A stretch of DNA of 64,000 nt. It comes from an uncultured delta proteobacterium. Its GTDB lineage: Bacteria; Desulfobacterota; GWC2-55-46. Below are positions 28,953 to 38,017 of this stretch, piece by piece. The notes under the pieces are model-generated. The model saw only the letters and a list, made by a program, of their open reading frames with translations. It had not been told where the DNA came from and ran no database searches. The stretch is taken from NCBI GenBank assembly GCA_963727865.1, contig CAVSHY010000017.1:109-64108 (forward strand), in the 5' to 3' direction. Positions within the stretch are counted from its first letter, which is position 1. Every line of letters begins with the position of its first letter. The position numbers and the translations under genes are program-made.

Positions 28953-29690
28953 ATGGAAGGCATCACGATTTTCTTCCCTATGTATAACGAGGAGCTGTAC
29001 ATAGGGAGAGCCATTGAGGCGGCCAGAGAAGTCGTGGAACAGATGCTCCATGACGGTGAGATAAAGAATTACGAGATACTGATTATTGACGACGCCTCAA
29101 AAGACTCGACAGGTAAAATCGCCGATGAATTCGCGGCCGTGGACCCGAGGATAAGGGTTATTCACCATCCGGCCAACAGGGGCCTCGGAGGCTCCCTGAG
29201 GACAGGGTTCTCCAACGCGAAAATGGACGCCATACTTTATTCCGACGCCGACCTTCCGTTTGACATGATGGAACTCAGGAAGGCGTACAGGTTTTTACGG
29301 TACTATGAGGCCGATATCGTCTCAGCGTTCAGATTTGACAGGACCGGCGAAGGGCCGCGCAGGCTCATCTATTCATACCTCTACAACGCCATCATCAAGC
29401 TCTTATTCAACCTGAGGATAAAGGACGTAAATTTCTCATTCAAGCTTGTCCGCAGGGAAGTATTCGACCATGTAAGGCTTAACTCCGAAGGTAGCTTCAT
29501 AGATGTTGAGCTCCTGGTTAAGGCGCAGCGATACGGCTTTAAGACCATACAATTCGGGACAGACTATTTTCCCCGGAGCCGTGGTGTCTCAACTCTTTCA
29601 AGCTCAACGGTTATATTCAAAATTCTAAGAGAACTCCTGTCCATGTACAGGGAAATAAAAACCATTCAGCCTGTTGTCAAAAGAAGATGA
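28953..29690 (+). CDS. Family 2 glycosyltransferase, polyprenyl-phosphate sugar synthase type (DPM1/ArnC-like)
   Basis: ITIFFPMYNEE...ILIIDDASKDST...NRGLGGSLRTGF...SDADLPFD are the GT2 DxD/ED motifs of the polyprenol-phosphate glycosyltransferase type. Confidence 0.8.
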   Translation: MEGITIFFPMYNEELYIGRAIEAAREVVEQMLHDGEIKNYEILIIDDASKDSTGKIADEFAAVDPRIRVIHHPANRGLGGSLRTGFSNAKMDAILYSDADLPFDMMELRKAYRFLRYYEADIVSAFRFDRTGEGPRRLIYSYLYNAIIKLLFNLRIKDVNFSFKLVRREVFDHVRLNSEGSFIDVELLVKAQRYGFKTIQFGTDYFPRSRGVSTLSSSTVIFKILRELLSMYREIKTIQPVVKRR

Positions 29691-30484
29691 CGAAACGCCT
29701 TATCGTAAACGCGGACGACTTTGGTCTGTGCAAGGAAATGGCGACAGGCATAATTAAGGCGTACTCGGAAGGTATCGTGAGGTCCACCTCTGTCTCGGTT
29801 AACGGCGGATATTTTAACGAGGGCCTGAAATTATTAAAAGATTCAGGGATTGACGCGGGCATACATCTCACGTTTACCGGCGGAGAAAGGCCAGTTTCGG
29901 GCGGTATAGACGGGCTGGTGGATGAGCGGGGCCTGTTTTTAAAGAGCTACAGGGAAGCGATACCGAGGATCGTCACGGGCAGATTCGACAAAAAAGCGCT
30001 CCGAAGGGAGCTGTTTGAACAGATAAGCATCCTCAAGGACTCGGGCATAAATATAAGCCATGCAGACAGTCACCAGCACCTTCACCTTCTGCCGAATGTG
30101 GCGGATTTAGTAATAGACCTCGCGCGTCAATTTAATATAAAATGGGTAAGAATAACCCGCTCGGGCGGATCCGATATTAAAAGTATCGCCATGAATTTCC
30201 TGGCCGGGTTCTTGAAATCGAAGCTAAAGAGGCATGGCCTTTCTTTTACCGACGGGTTTACGGGTTTTGAATACAGCGGCCGCATGGATGAGCGCGCAAT
30301 CTCTTCGCTATTGAATAATATCCCGGACGGAACGACAGAACTCATGGTGCACCCAGGGTATGACGCGTCTAAAGAGTACGGCTGGGGCTACGCGTGGGAA
30401 GACGAGCTGATGGCGGTCACATCCGAAACGATAAAGGCTTTGATTAAAAAAAATGGCATTGCGCTCACGGATTTCAGGGGATGA
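29687..30484 (+). CDS. YdjC/ChbG-family carbohydrate deacetylase (NaxD/HpnK-like)
   Basis: LIVNADDFGLCKEMATGIIKAYSEGIVRSTSV and HADSHQHLH motifs of the YdjC family. It has a 4-nt overlap with the upstream GT2 gene. Confidence 0.8.
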   Translation: MTKRLIVNADDFGLCKEMATGIIKAYSEGIVRSTSVSVNGGYFNEGLKLLKDSGIDAGIHLTFTGGERPVSGGIDGLVDERGLFLKSYREAIPRIVTGRFDKKALRRELFEQISILKDSGINISHADSHQHLHLLPNVADLVIDLARQFNIKWVRITRSGGSDIKSIAMNFLAGFLKSKLKRHGLSFTDGFTGFEYSGRMDERAISSLLNNIPDGTTELMVHPGYDASKEYGWGYAWEDELMAVTSETIKALIKKNGIALTDFRG

Positions 30485-30485
30485 A

Positions 30486-31991
30486 ATGAAAGATAGGAAA
30501 TACCTGTACTTAACCGCCGTTACGATAGCGGCTTTTCTGGCATTCAGGATTTTCTATATAGCCACGACACATTACAACCTCGCGCCCGATGAGGCCTATT
30601 TCTGGGATTGGTCCAGGCACCCGGCGTTAAGTTATTATGACCAGGGGCCGATGGTGGCATGGATTATAAGATTTTTTACCGGCGTCCTCCCGTTATCCGA
30701 GTTTTCCGTAAGGATGGGCGCGCCTGTCTTCGCCGCGTTGACCACTGTCGTAATCTATATCCTTACGGTTGAGATCACGGGGTACCGCCTCCTCGGATTC
30801 ATGGCCGTGCTTTTATTTCATTTAACGCCTATCTCAACGGCGGGCGGCGTAATAATGACATATTACTCGCCGCAGATGCTTTTCATGTCCCTTACGGCGC
30901 TATTTTTATGGCGGCTTGTAAGGGACGGCAAGGGATGGTGGTGGTACTTAATCGGCTTGAGCCTCGGGCTCGGGTTTTTGTCCCACCACATGTTCATATT
31001 TTTTACCGCGGAGGTCGGACTTTTTATTTTACTATCGGCAAACAACAGGAAATGGCTTATACGCAAAGAGCCTTACCTCGCGCTTTTAATCGAAGCTTCC
31101 GTGGCAAGCCCCGTGCTTATCTGGAACCAGGCGCATAATTTTGTCATGTTCAGGCACGCTACCGGCATGATGACGACATGGGATGAGGTTTTCATTACGT
31201 TTTTAAAATATGTCGGCGGGCTTGCCGGAGTGCAAACACCGTTATTTTTTCTGGCGGTCCTCTACGGCTTGAGCGTAAGCGCTTACCGCGGGATAAAGTT
31301 CAAGGATGATAAGCATCTGATGCTTTTTAGCCTTTCCGCGCCTCTTATCTTCTTTATCGCGCTTTTAAGCCTTGGCGGACGTACGGAGGCGAACTGGCCG
31401 ATATCAGGCTATATTACCGGCACGATCTCAGCGGTATATGTGCTTTATGAAAAATATAAAAACGGCATAGCGAAGCTTCTTATCAACGCCTCTCTCGTAT
31501 TTACGATACTCCTATGCGTAATACTGTCGGCGGCCGCGTATTATCCGTCACTGCTGTATTCCGCCGGCGTCAATCTGCCTCCGCATCAAGACCCGGCAAA
31601 CAGGCTTTACGGGTGGAAAGACCTCGGAGAGGAAGTTTCCGGGACTTGGGGAGCCATGCCGCGGGGAGGTTTCGTCGCGACGAACGAATACGGGATTAAC
31701 GCCGAGCTTGCGTTTTATGTGAAAGGCAACCCTCAGGTTTTTGAGATCCCGGTATCGAGGCGCGCCAGCCAGTATGATTTCTGGAATGACTTCGAGGCAG
31801 TAAAAGGCAAGGATGCCGTATTTGCGGGAGAAAACCCCATGCCAAAAGAGATTGAAGCGTTATTCGAAAGAGTTGAGCCGGCAAGGCATATCGAGATTCA
31901 TGCCGGGCGCAGTAACGGCGTCAGGAGGAACTTCTATATCTATAAATGCTACGGATATAAAGGTACGGCAGGAAAGACTTTCGCGTTCTGA
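30486..31991 (+). CDS. ArnT-like polytopic membrane glycosyltransferase (GT39/GT83 type, PMT_2 fold)
   Basis: About 500 aa with many TM helices. The N-terminal region has NLAPDEAYFWDWSRHPALSYYDQGPMVAW (the DE/YY loop typical of ArnT/PMT enzymes) and a periplasmic C-terminal domain. The start is placed at ATG 30486, 2 nt after the upstream stop. Confidence 0.8.
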   Translation: MKDRKYLYLTAVTIAAFLAFRIFYIATTHYNLAPDEAYFWDWSRHPALSYYDQGPMVAWIIRFFTGVLPLSEFSVRMGAPVFAALTTVVIYILTVEITGYRLLGFMAVLLFHLTPISTAGGVIMTYYSPQMLFMSLTALFLWRLVRDGKGWWWYLIGLSLGLGFLSHHMFIFFTAEVGLFILLSANNRKWLIRKEPYLALLIEASVASPVLIWNQAHNFVMFRHATGMMTTWDEVFITFLKYVGGLAGVQTPLFFLAVLYGLSVSAYRGIKFKDDKHLMLFSLSAPLIFFIALLSLGGRTEANWPISGYITGTISAVYVLYEKYKNGIAKLLINASLVFTILLCVILSAAAYYPSLLYSAGVNLPPHQDPANRLYGWKDLGEEVSGTWGAMPRGGFVATNEYGINAELAFYVKGNPQVFEIPVSRRASQYDFWNDFEAVKGKDAVFAGENPMPKEIEALFERVEPARHIEIHAGRSNGVRRNFYIYKCYGYKGTAGKTFAF

Positions 31992-32186
31992 GACCTGAAT
32001 TTAAATCCGTGGATCCGCTTGCCGGGTTCTTTCATGCCTCAGGCGAAATTAATCCATAGATCCGGACTTTCGCCCTTAACTTGGCGCCCCTTACCTCACC
32101 GGACCCTTCCAAATAAAAACCCGTCACCAAAGGCAAACATACGAATTAATCTATCACATCCGTTTAATAATAGCTAAAAAGAACTG

Positions 32187-32215
32187 TTGACATGCCGGGG
32201 AGAAAATTGTAGATT
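32187..32215 (+). promoter_or_regulatory. Candidate sigma70-type promoter (TTGACA-N17-TAGATT) for the cytochrome-porin gene
   Basis: TTGACA at 32187-32192, a 17-nt spacer, and TAGATT at 32210-32215. This is about 130 nt upstream of the ATG at 32347. Confidence 0.4.
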
Positions 32216-32346
32216 ACAGGCGATCAAAAAAACTTAATCTATTCAGCCCCAAAGTTAAATACTTTCTTGTCCATTACAGGCTGTCGCATGCCTCTTTATG
32301 AAGCCTGTTCTCGCAAGCTCAAAAAAAATGAGGAGGGAAATTCGAG

Positions 32347-33543
32347 ATGGTTTTAGCGGGTAAGGGGACTGTTGAAAAAGTTTTCCGTTTAAGTGTTTTA
32401 TCTTTATCGGGTCTTGGAGTATTATTATTTTTACTTGCAATTTTTCCTGTAAAATCCGGCGCGATGCCCTTTTTCGCGCGGCAGACAGGAAGGGACTGCG
32501 TCTACTGCCATTCTGTTTACCCCAAACTCAATGAGACAGGGCTAAACTTTCGCGCTAACGGCTACCGGATTGAAGGTCAGGAACTTAAAGAAGTGAAGGA
32601 CTGGGCGTCGATCCCGGCGTCCATGGAGATAACGGTCGCCGGTGAATACAGCGACAATAAGGCAAATGGCAATAGCACCACGGTATCGGGGATAAGAATA
32701 GAGGATGTCGAACTTTCGGCTGGCGGCGCCATGAGTAAAACCGGGAGAGTATCCGCGTTGGGCACCATTTCAGTGGAACAGGGTAATGCCAATGATACCA
32801 ACGCTACGATACAGAAAGCCTTTGTACAGGTAAATGACCTTATGGGCCAGGAGGGGAAAGGGCTTCTTAATGTCAGGGCCGGCCAATGGGAAATAGGTTT
32901 GCCTTTCTTGAGCCCTAGAGAAACCGTCCTAAAGAATAAATATATGACCGAAACGGTCCTGAACGCCTTTACCCTGAATCAGAAGGCCGTTGAACTTAAC
33001 GGTTCCATGAATTTCGAAGAGGGCTCGAAACTTACCGCGCAACGTTACTCTTTAGGCATAGCAAGCCAGGATATTAACAGCGCCAATAAGTTAAAAGCCT
33101 TTTACTTGACCTACGCCCTTACCGTCAGCGAGTTCATGAACGTGGGAATCTTATACAGGAACGGAACAGAAAAAAACAGCGACGGGACTATGGATGTCTC
33201 CTTTAATAAATACGGCATAGGGGTAGAGGGTGAAACAGGCCCCTTCATATTGAGCGCCGGGATTTTCAGGTCTGAAAGGAGCGGAGAAAATTCGCAGGAA
33301 GATTTTCTGGCGGAAGCGCTTTACAGGGCGCCGGTTCCGGGCGTAAGCGCCGGAGGGCGGCTTGAAGCCGTTCAACAATCGGGTAAAAAGACCGCGCATG
33401 CGCTTAGTCTATTCGGAAGATATGACATCATCATGAACGTCTTCACACAGCTTGAATATGATTACCTCAGCGATGCAAGCCACCTCTCCGGCCCAAACGA
33501 CAGAGAAAGCAGGGTTAACCTGTTTTTAGCGGCTGCATTCTAA
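32347..33543 (+). CDS. Fused monoheme cytochrome c / outer-membrane beta-barrel protein (Cyc2-like)
   Basis: A signal peptide, then MPFFARQTGRDCVYCHSVYPKLNETGLNFRANGYR with a single CxxCH directly after the cleavage region. About 330 aa of alternating beta-strand pattern follow, ending in ...RVNLFLAAAF (terminal Phe, an OMP signature). GAGGAGGG lies upstream of the ATG. Confidence 0.7.
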   Translation: MVLAGKGTVEKVFRLSVLSLSGLGVLLFLLAIFPVKSGAMPFFARQTGRDCVYCHSVYPKLNETGLNFRANGYRIEGQELKEVKDWASIPASMEITVAGEYSDNKANGNSTTVSGIRIEDVELSAGGAMSKTGRVSALGTISVEQGNANDTNATIQKAFVQVNDLMGQEGKGLLNVRAGQWEIGLPFLSPRETVLKNKYMTETVLNAFTLNQKAVELNGSMNFEEGSKLTAQRYSLGIASQDINSANKLKAFYLTYALTVSEFMNVGILYRNGTEKNSDGTMDVSFNKYGIGVEGETGPFILSAGIFRSERSGENSQEDFLAEALYRAPVPGVSAGGRLEAVQQSGKKTAHALSLFGRYDIIMNVFTQLEYDYLSDASHLSGPNDRESRVNLFLAAAF

Positions 33544-33597
33544 ATTAGGGAGCCTGGCGGATTTATCTCAGGATAAAAAAACAATCTGTCGAACGCA

Positions 33598-33629
33598 AAA
33601 GCCCCGTTGTATTTTTCAAACGGGGCTTT
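33598..33629. terminator. Bidirectional terminator between convergent genes
   Basis: An 11-bp stem AAAGCCCCGTT/AACGGGGCTTT, flanked by A-rich sequence on the left and T-rich sequence on the right. Confidence 0.7.
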
Positions 33630-33662
33630 TAGCATTGGACTTAAAGAACGGCAGGTTTCTGA

Positions 33663-34214
33663 TTACAGCGCCTTCATTATCGCGCTCTTGAGTTCGTCCT
33701 CCGAAATAGCGCCGGTATGGTCGAAGATGAACCGGCCGTCCCTGCCAACCACCAGGGTCTTTGGTATGCCGTAAAGTTTGTATTCCGAAGCTATCTCCCC
33801 GGTCTCATCCATGCCTACGGAGAAGGTCCAGTTAAATTTCTTTACAAATTTTCTGGCGTCCGCGTCGCTGTCCTGTACGGCCACTCCTACGAACTCTACC
33901 CCTCTATCCTTGAACTCGAGGTAGTTTTTCTCAATTGATGAAGCTTCGATTTTACATGGGCCGCACCAGGAGGCCCAAAAGTTTATCACCAGAGGCCTGC
34001 CTTTAATATCTCCCAGGTTCAGCACACTCCCCCTGAATGTTTTTATCTTAAACGGTATTATCGCGTCCCCTTCGCCTGGCGTCACGGAACGGGCGGCACC
34101 TTCTTTATTTTCCTTACCCGAGGGTTTACATCCATTAATACCGACAAAAAATATGGATATTATAATAAAGGCGGCGAGGTTTTCAGGGTAGCAAAAAAAG
34201 TTTCTTATTTTCAT
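33663..34214 (-). CDS. TlpA/ResA-family thiol:disulfide oxidoreductase (lipoprotein)
   Basis: Lipobox-like GINGC, a thioredoxin motif WASWCGPCKIE, and a TlpA-like fold length (183 aa). Confidence 0.85.
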   Translation of the reverse strand: MKIRNFFCYPENLAAFIIISIFFVGINGCKPSGKENKEGAARSVTPGEGDAIIPFKIKTFRGSVLNLGDIKGRPLVINFWASWCGPCKIEASSIEKNYLEFKDRGVEFVGVAVQDSDADARKFVKKFNWTFSVGMDETGEIASEYKLYGIPKTLVVGRDGRFIFDHTGAISEDELKSAIMKAL

Positions 34215-34236
34215 CCTTTTCCATGAATCGTTTTTT

Positions 34237-34893
34237 TTACTCTTCCACCGTTATCATTCCTATCATACTCTGATGGATAAAACAGAGATAGTAATATTCA
34301 CCCGCTTTTTCAAATTTATGTTCCCAGCTCTCCCCCGGATTTACAGTCGGCGAAAATATCCCGCCCATGCCTATAAACGGCATGGAGGCGAATATATGGC
34401 CGTTAACACCATTATTTACCCATCTGACGGTCCCGCCTTTTTTAATGATGATATTGTCGGGTCTGAAGGTATTTTTTTCGGTTTCCGTCGGTTTCGGGGT
34501 TTCAATAATATACACTCCGTTCGCGGCGGCAGGACGGATAGCGGAGGTAAGCTTGGACTCAAAGATTTTTTTCTTGGCGTTCTTCAAAGGCTCAAAATCA
34601 CCGGTTACATCTTTGTAGGTTTTCGCCATGGATTCCGCTATGAAGAGTTTTGAATCCCTTTCTTCCTTTGTCGCCTGAGGTAGAAAAGATTCGTCGATGA
34701 TCGCCTTAATCTCCGCCGGGATTTTATCCTTGTTTTCTTTAACGATTGAACCCATCTTGACGGCGTCGTTCTTTTCAAAAGCCTCTACGAAACTTTTAGT
34801 AATCTCGGACTCGGCTGAAAAACCCGGGCTGCTCAAGGCAAAAAACGAAGAGAAGGTTAAGGCAAAAATAAAACCAGACCTTTTTAAATTCAT
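34237..34893 (-). CDS. Secreted cupredoxin (type-1 blue copper protein, amicyanin/plastocyanin-like C-terminal domain)
   Basis: Signal peptide. The C-terminal domain has the Cu ligands VNGH... and YYYLCFIHQSM (Cys-x2-His-x2-Met spacing, as in amicyanin). The N-terminal ~110 aa are of unknown function. Confidence 0.7.
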   Translation of the reverse strand: MNLKRSGFIFALTFSSFFALSSPGFSAESEITKSFVEAFEKNDAVKMGSIVKENKDKIPAEIKAIIDESFLPQATKEERDSKLFIAESMAKTYKDVTGDFEPLKNAKKKIFESKLTSAIRPAAANGVYIIETPKPTETEKNTFRPDNIIIKKGGTVRWVNNGVNGHIFASMPFIGMGGIFSPTVNPGESWEHKFEKAGEYYYLCFIHQSMIGMITVEE

Positions 34894-35197
34894 CGTTTCT
34901 TTCCTCCTCTTGAGTTAAACTGAAGAACTAAAAGCCATATTTTAACATGCGATATTCCATAAATCCCTATATCTTGAAAACCGTAAAAAACTTGGCGTGT
35001 AAATAAAAAAAGTTCGAAAATATCGTTTAAATGAGGTATCTTTTAATTGTGGCCTTTATTTCAAGCTGATAAAAACCGGCTCCGGTACGGAATAAAACTT
35101 TTATAAAATAATTATATACGAGATCGATCCAAAGTAACAGAGAAAAATAACATGGGCTTTCTGCCCAATTTCCGATCCGATATACCAGGCCAAAAAC

Positions 35198-36055
35198 ATG
35201 CCAGACAAAGAGCTTAAAAAATATCTGGATAGTCTCTACAGGACTTTTGACATCAAGTTTTTATCTTCCGATCCGCTTATGTTTGTCCACAGGTTTAAAG
35301 AGCGTGAGGACCGTGAAATAGTCGGCCTCATCGCCTCAAGCCTCGCTTACGGAAGGGTGGAGGGGATAAAAAAAAGCATCGAGAAGGTGCTCGCCGTAAT
35401 GGGCAAAAGTCCGTATCATTTCACAATGAGGTTCAATCCGGAGAAAGAAGCGGGACGTTTTTCCGGTTTTGTGCACCGCTTCAACCGGGGCGAAGATATA
35501 GCGTGTCTTATTTATTTCGCGAGACAGATGATAGAGGAATGCGGGTCAATAGGACGGTTTTTTATAAAAGATTACTCCGCTGAAGATAGAAATATAAAGA
35601 CAGCGCTGATTTCATTCTCCGAAAGGGCTTTAGGATTGGAGACTCAAGGCATTTATGGCCGCGGGCTCCCGAAAGAAGCGCGTGTAAGGTTTTTTTTCCC
35701 TACGCCAGCCGACGGGAGCCCCTGTAAACGGTTGAACCTCTATCTCCGCTGGATGGTACGCGCGGGTGACAGGCTTGATCTGGGGCTCTGGAAGGAAGTG
35801 GACCCGTCAAGGCTCATTATACCTCTGGATACGCATATCGCGCGCATTTCAAAAAATATAGGCCTTACAAACCGCTCAACCCCGGACTGGAAGATGGCGG
35901 AAGAGATCACGGAGGCGCTCAAAAGGCTTGACCCCGCGGACCCGGTTAAATATGATTTTGCCATTTGCAGGCTTGGCATCCTCGATAAGTGCCCGCGTAC
36001 CGCTGATTCCGGAAAATGTGCGGACTGCCTTATTAAAAAAATCTGTGTTCTTTAA
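35198..36055 (+). CDS. TIGR02757/DUF2400 family protein (HhH-GPD-related, FeS-loop-like C-terminus)
   Basis: The N-terminus ...FLSSDPLMFVHRF..DREIVGLIASSLAYGRVEGI and the C-terminal Cys cluster CRLGILDKCPRTADSGKCADCLIKKIC match my recollection of this uncharacterised family. Confidence 0.6.
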   Translation: MPDKELKKYLDSLYRTFDIKFLSSDPLMFVHRFKEREDREIVGLIASSLAYGRVEGIKKSIEKVLAVMGKSPYHFTMRFNPEKEAGRFSGFVHRFNRGEDIACLIYFARQMIEECGSIGRFFIKDYSAEDRNIKTALISFSERALGLETQGIYGRGLPKEARVRFFFPTPADGSPCKRLNLYLRWMVRAGDRLDLGLWKEVDPSRLIIPLDTHIARISKNIGLTNRSTPDWKMAEEITEALKRLDPADPVKYDFAICRLGILDKCPRTADSGKCADCLIKKICVL

Positions 36056-36285
36056 GTGAAATTTTAAATTTGACTCTCCATATTTAAACGAAAATGTCTT
36101 TGACAGAACATCTTAGATGGGATAACATCTATGCCGTAATCAGGCTATATCCTTTGCCAATTCTACAAATTATACCGACGGCGTCTGTTTAACCCATTAA
36201 AAAAATAACCGGTTTTTTCCAAGTTTTTTAAAGTACACCTGTCTTAAAAGGCATTTCCTATAAAATTTTAAAGAGCGGAGTTGAC

Positions 36286-37260
36286 ATGCACATTCAGCAG
36301 GTGTTTGACCTTATAAAAGACGACATAAAGAAGGTGGAAGAGGGTTTTAAGAAAAATCTCAATTCCGATGTCTATCTGATAAGTAAGGTCGGCGAGTACA
36401 TATTAAATAGCGGCGGAAAAAGATTCAGGCCCATGATCATGCTTTTGTGCTCCAGGCTCTGTAACTACAGGGACGATAAGCATATCCCGCTCGCCGGCGT
36501 CATCGAGTTTATACATACGGCGACCCTTCTCCATGACGACGTCGTGGATAACGCTAATTTAAGAAGGGGCAACGCTTCCGCCAATACCGTATGGGGTGAC
36601 GGGGCGAGCATCCTTGTCGGGGATTACCTCCTTTCTAAGGCGTTCTCTCTCGCCGTACTGAACGGGGACATGAGGATATTAAGCGTGCTTTCTCAAACCA
36701 CCACGCGCATGGCCGAGGGGGAGGTTCTGCAGCTCTTGAAGCACAGCGACGCCGATACCACCGAGAAAGAATACCTTGACGTGGTAACCAATAAGACCGC
36801 TGTTTTAATCTCCGCGGCCTCCCGGATAGCCGGCATACTCGGGGAGGTCTCGCTGGAAAAAGAAGTCGCGCTTGCCAATTATGGAATGGGCCTCGGTATA
36901 GCCTATCAGCTTATGGACGACTGTCTTGACTATATCTCGACCGATGAGGACCTTGGGAAATCCATTGGTAATGACCTGAGGGAAGGCAAGGTGACCATGC
37001 CCCTTATTCAGGCCTCGCGAAAATCCACCGAGGCCGAAAGAAAGCTCATAAAACACGCGGTTGAATCCGACGAGTTGGAGGATCCCACGCTCAAGGAAAT
37101 AATAGGCATCATAAATAAATATAACGGAATAGAATATACCATTAATAGAGCCAGGACTTATGTCGAGGAGTCAAAGAAAAATCTCGAGATCTTCGAGCCC
37201 AATATTGAACGGGCGGCTCTCATGGCTGTGGGGGATTTTGTGATTGACAGGACCTATTAG
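36286..37260 (+). CDS. ispB: Long-chain polyprenyl diphosphate synthase (octaprenyl/heptaprenyl type)
   Basis: First and second Asp-rich motifs LLHDDVVDNANLRRG and QLMDDCLD. 324 aa. Confidence 0.88.
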   Translation: MHIQQVFDLIKDDIKKVEEGFKKNLNSDVYLISKVGEYILNSGGKRFRPMIMLLCSRLCNYRDDKHIPLAGVIEFIHTATLLHDDVVDNANLRRGNASANTVWGDGASILVGDYLLSKAFSLAVLNGDMRILSVLSQTTTRMAEGEVLQLLKHSDADTTEKEYLDVVTNKTAVLISAASRIAGILGEVSLEKEVALANYGMGLGIAYQLMDDCLDYISTDEDLGKSIGNDLREGKVTMPLIQASRKSTEAERKLIKHAVESDELEDPTLKEIIGIINKYNGIEYTINRARTYVEESKKNLEIFEPNIERAALMAVGDFVIDRTY

Positions 37261-37330
37261 CCAACAGATGATTTCTGTGCGATAATGGAGGTAAAGGGAT
37301 AAATAATCAGAAAAAAAATTAGACAGGATT

Positions 37331-37981
37331 ATGGACAAGAAAGAAAAAGCGAAAAAGGTCCTCGATATCCTTGAAAAGGAATTCCCCGACGCGAGGTCCG
37401 CTCTCGTATTCTCCAACCCTCTTGAACTCCTCATCGCCACAATCCTCTCCGCTCAGACAACGGATAAACAGGTAAACAAGGTAACTGAAAACCTTTTCGG
37501 GAAATACAGGACTGCCGGAGACTATAATAGCGCCAGTCTTGAAGAAATCGAAAAGTCCATAAGTTCCGTAAACTTCTTCAGGAATAAGGCCAAAAACATA
37601 AAGGGATGCTGCAGGAAGATCGTTGAAGAATTCGGGGGGAAGGTCCCCCGGACGGTCGGGGAACTCACCTCTTTAGCCGGGGTCGGCAGAAAAACAGCTA
37701 ACATAGTCCTGGGGAATGCCTTCGGCAAGAACGCCCTGGCCGTGGACACTCACGTAAAAAGGGTCTCTCAAAGGCTCGGGCTTACCGATTCCGATGATCC
37801 CGACGAGATCGAAAAAGATCTATGCGGGGTCATACCCGAGAAGAGATGGACCATGACGACCCACCTTTTTATCCTCCATGGGCGAAAAACCTGCAAGGCA
37901 AAAAATCCTCTTTGTGAGGTCTGCCCTGTCCAGGACTACTGCGTATATTACAGGACCGTCTACCGGGGGCGGAAGAAATAA
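37331..37981 (+). CDS. nth: Endonuclease III
   Basis: HhH-GPD motif LTSLAGVGRKTANIVL...D and the C-terminal 4Fe-4S loop CKAKNPLCEVCPVQDYC. Confidence 0.93.
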   Translation: MDKKEKAKKVLDILEKEFPDARSALVFSNPLELLIATILSAQTTDKQVNKVTENLFGKYRTAGDYNSASLEEIEKSISSVNFFRNKAKNIKGCCRKIVEEFGGKVPRTVGELTSLAGVGRKTANIVLGNAFGKNALAVDTHVKRVSQRLGLTDSDDPDEIEKDLCGVIPEKRWTMTTHLFILHGRKTCKAKNPLCEVCPVQDYCVYYRTVYRGRKK

Positions 37982-38017
37982 CCCTCCGAGGTTTTTTCGA
38001 CCGGGGGAATTTCTAAA

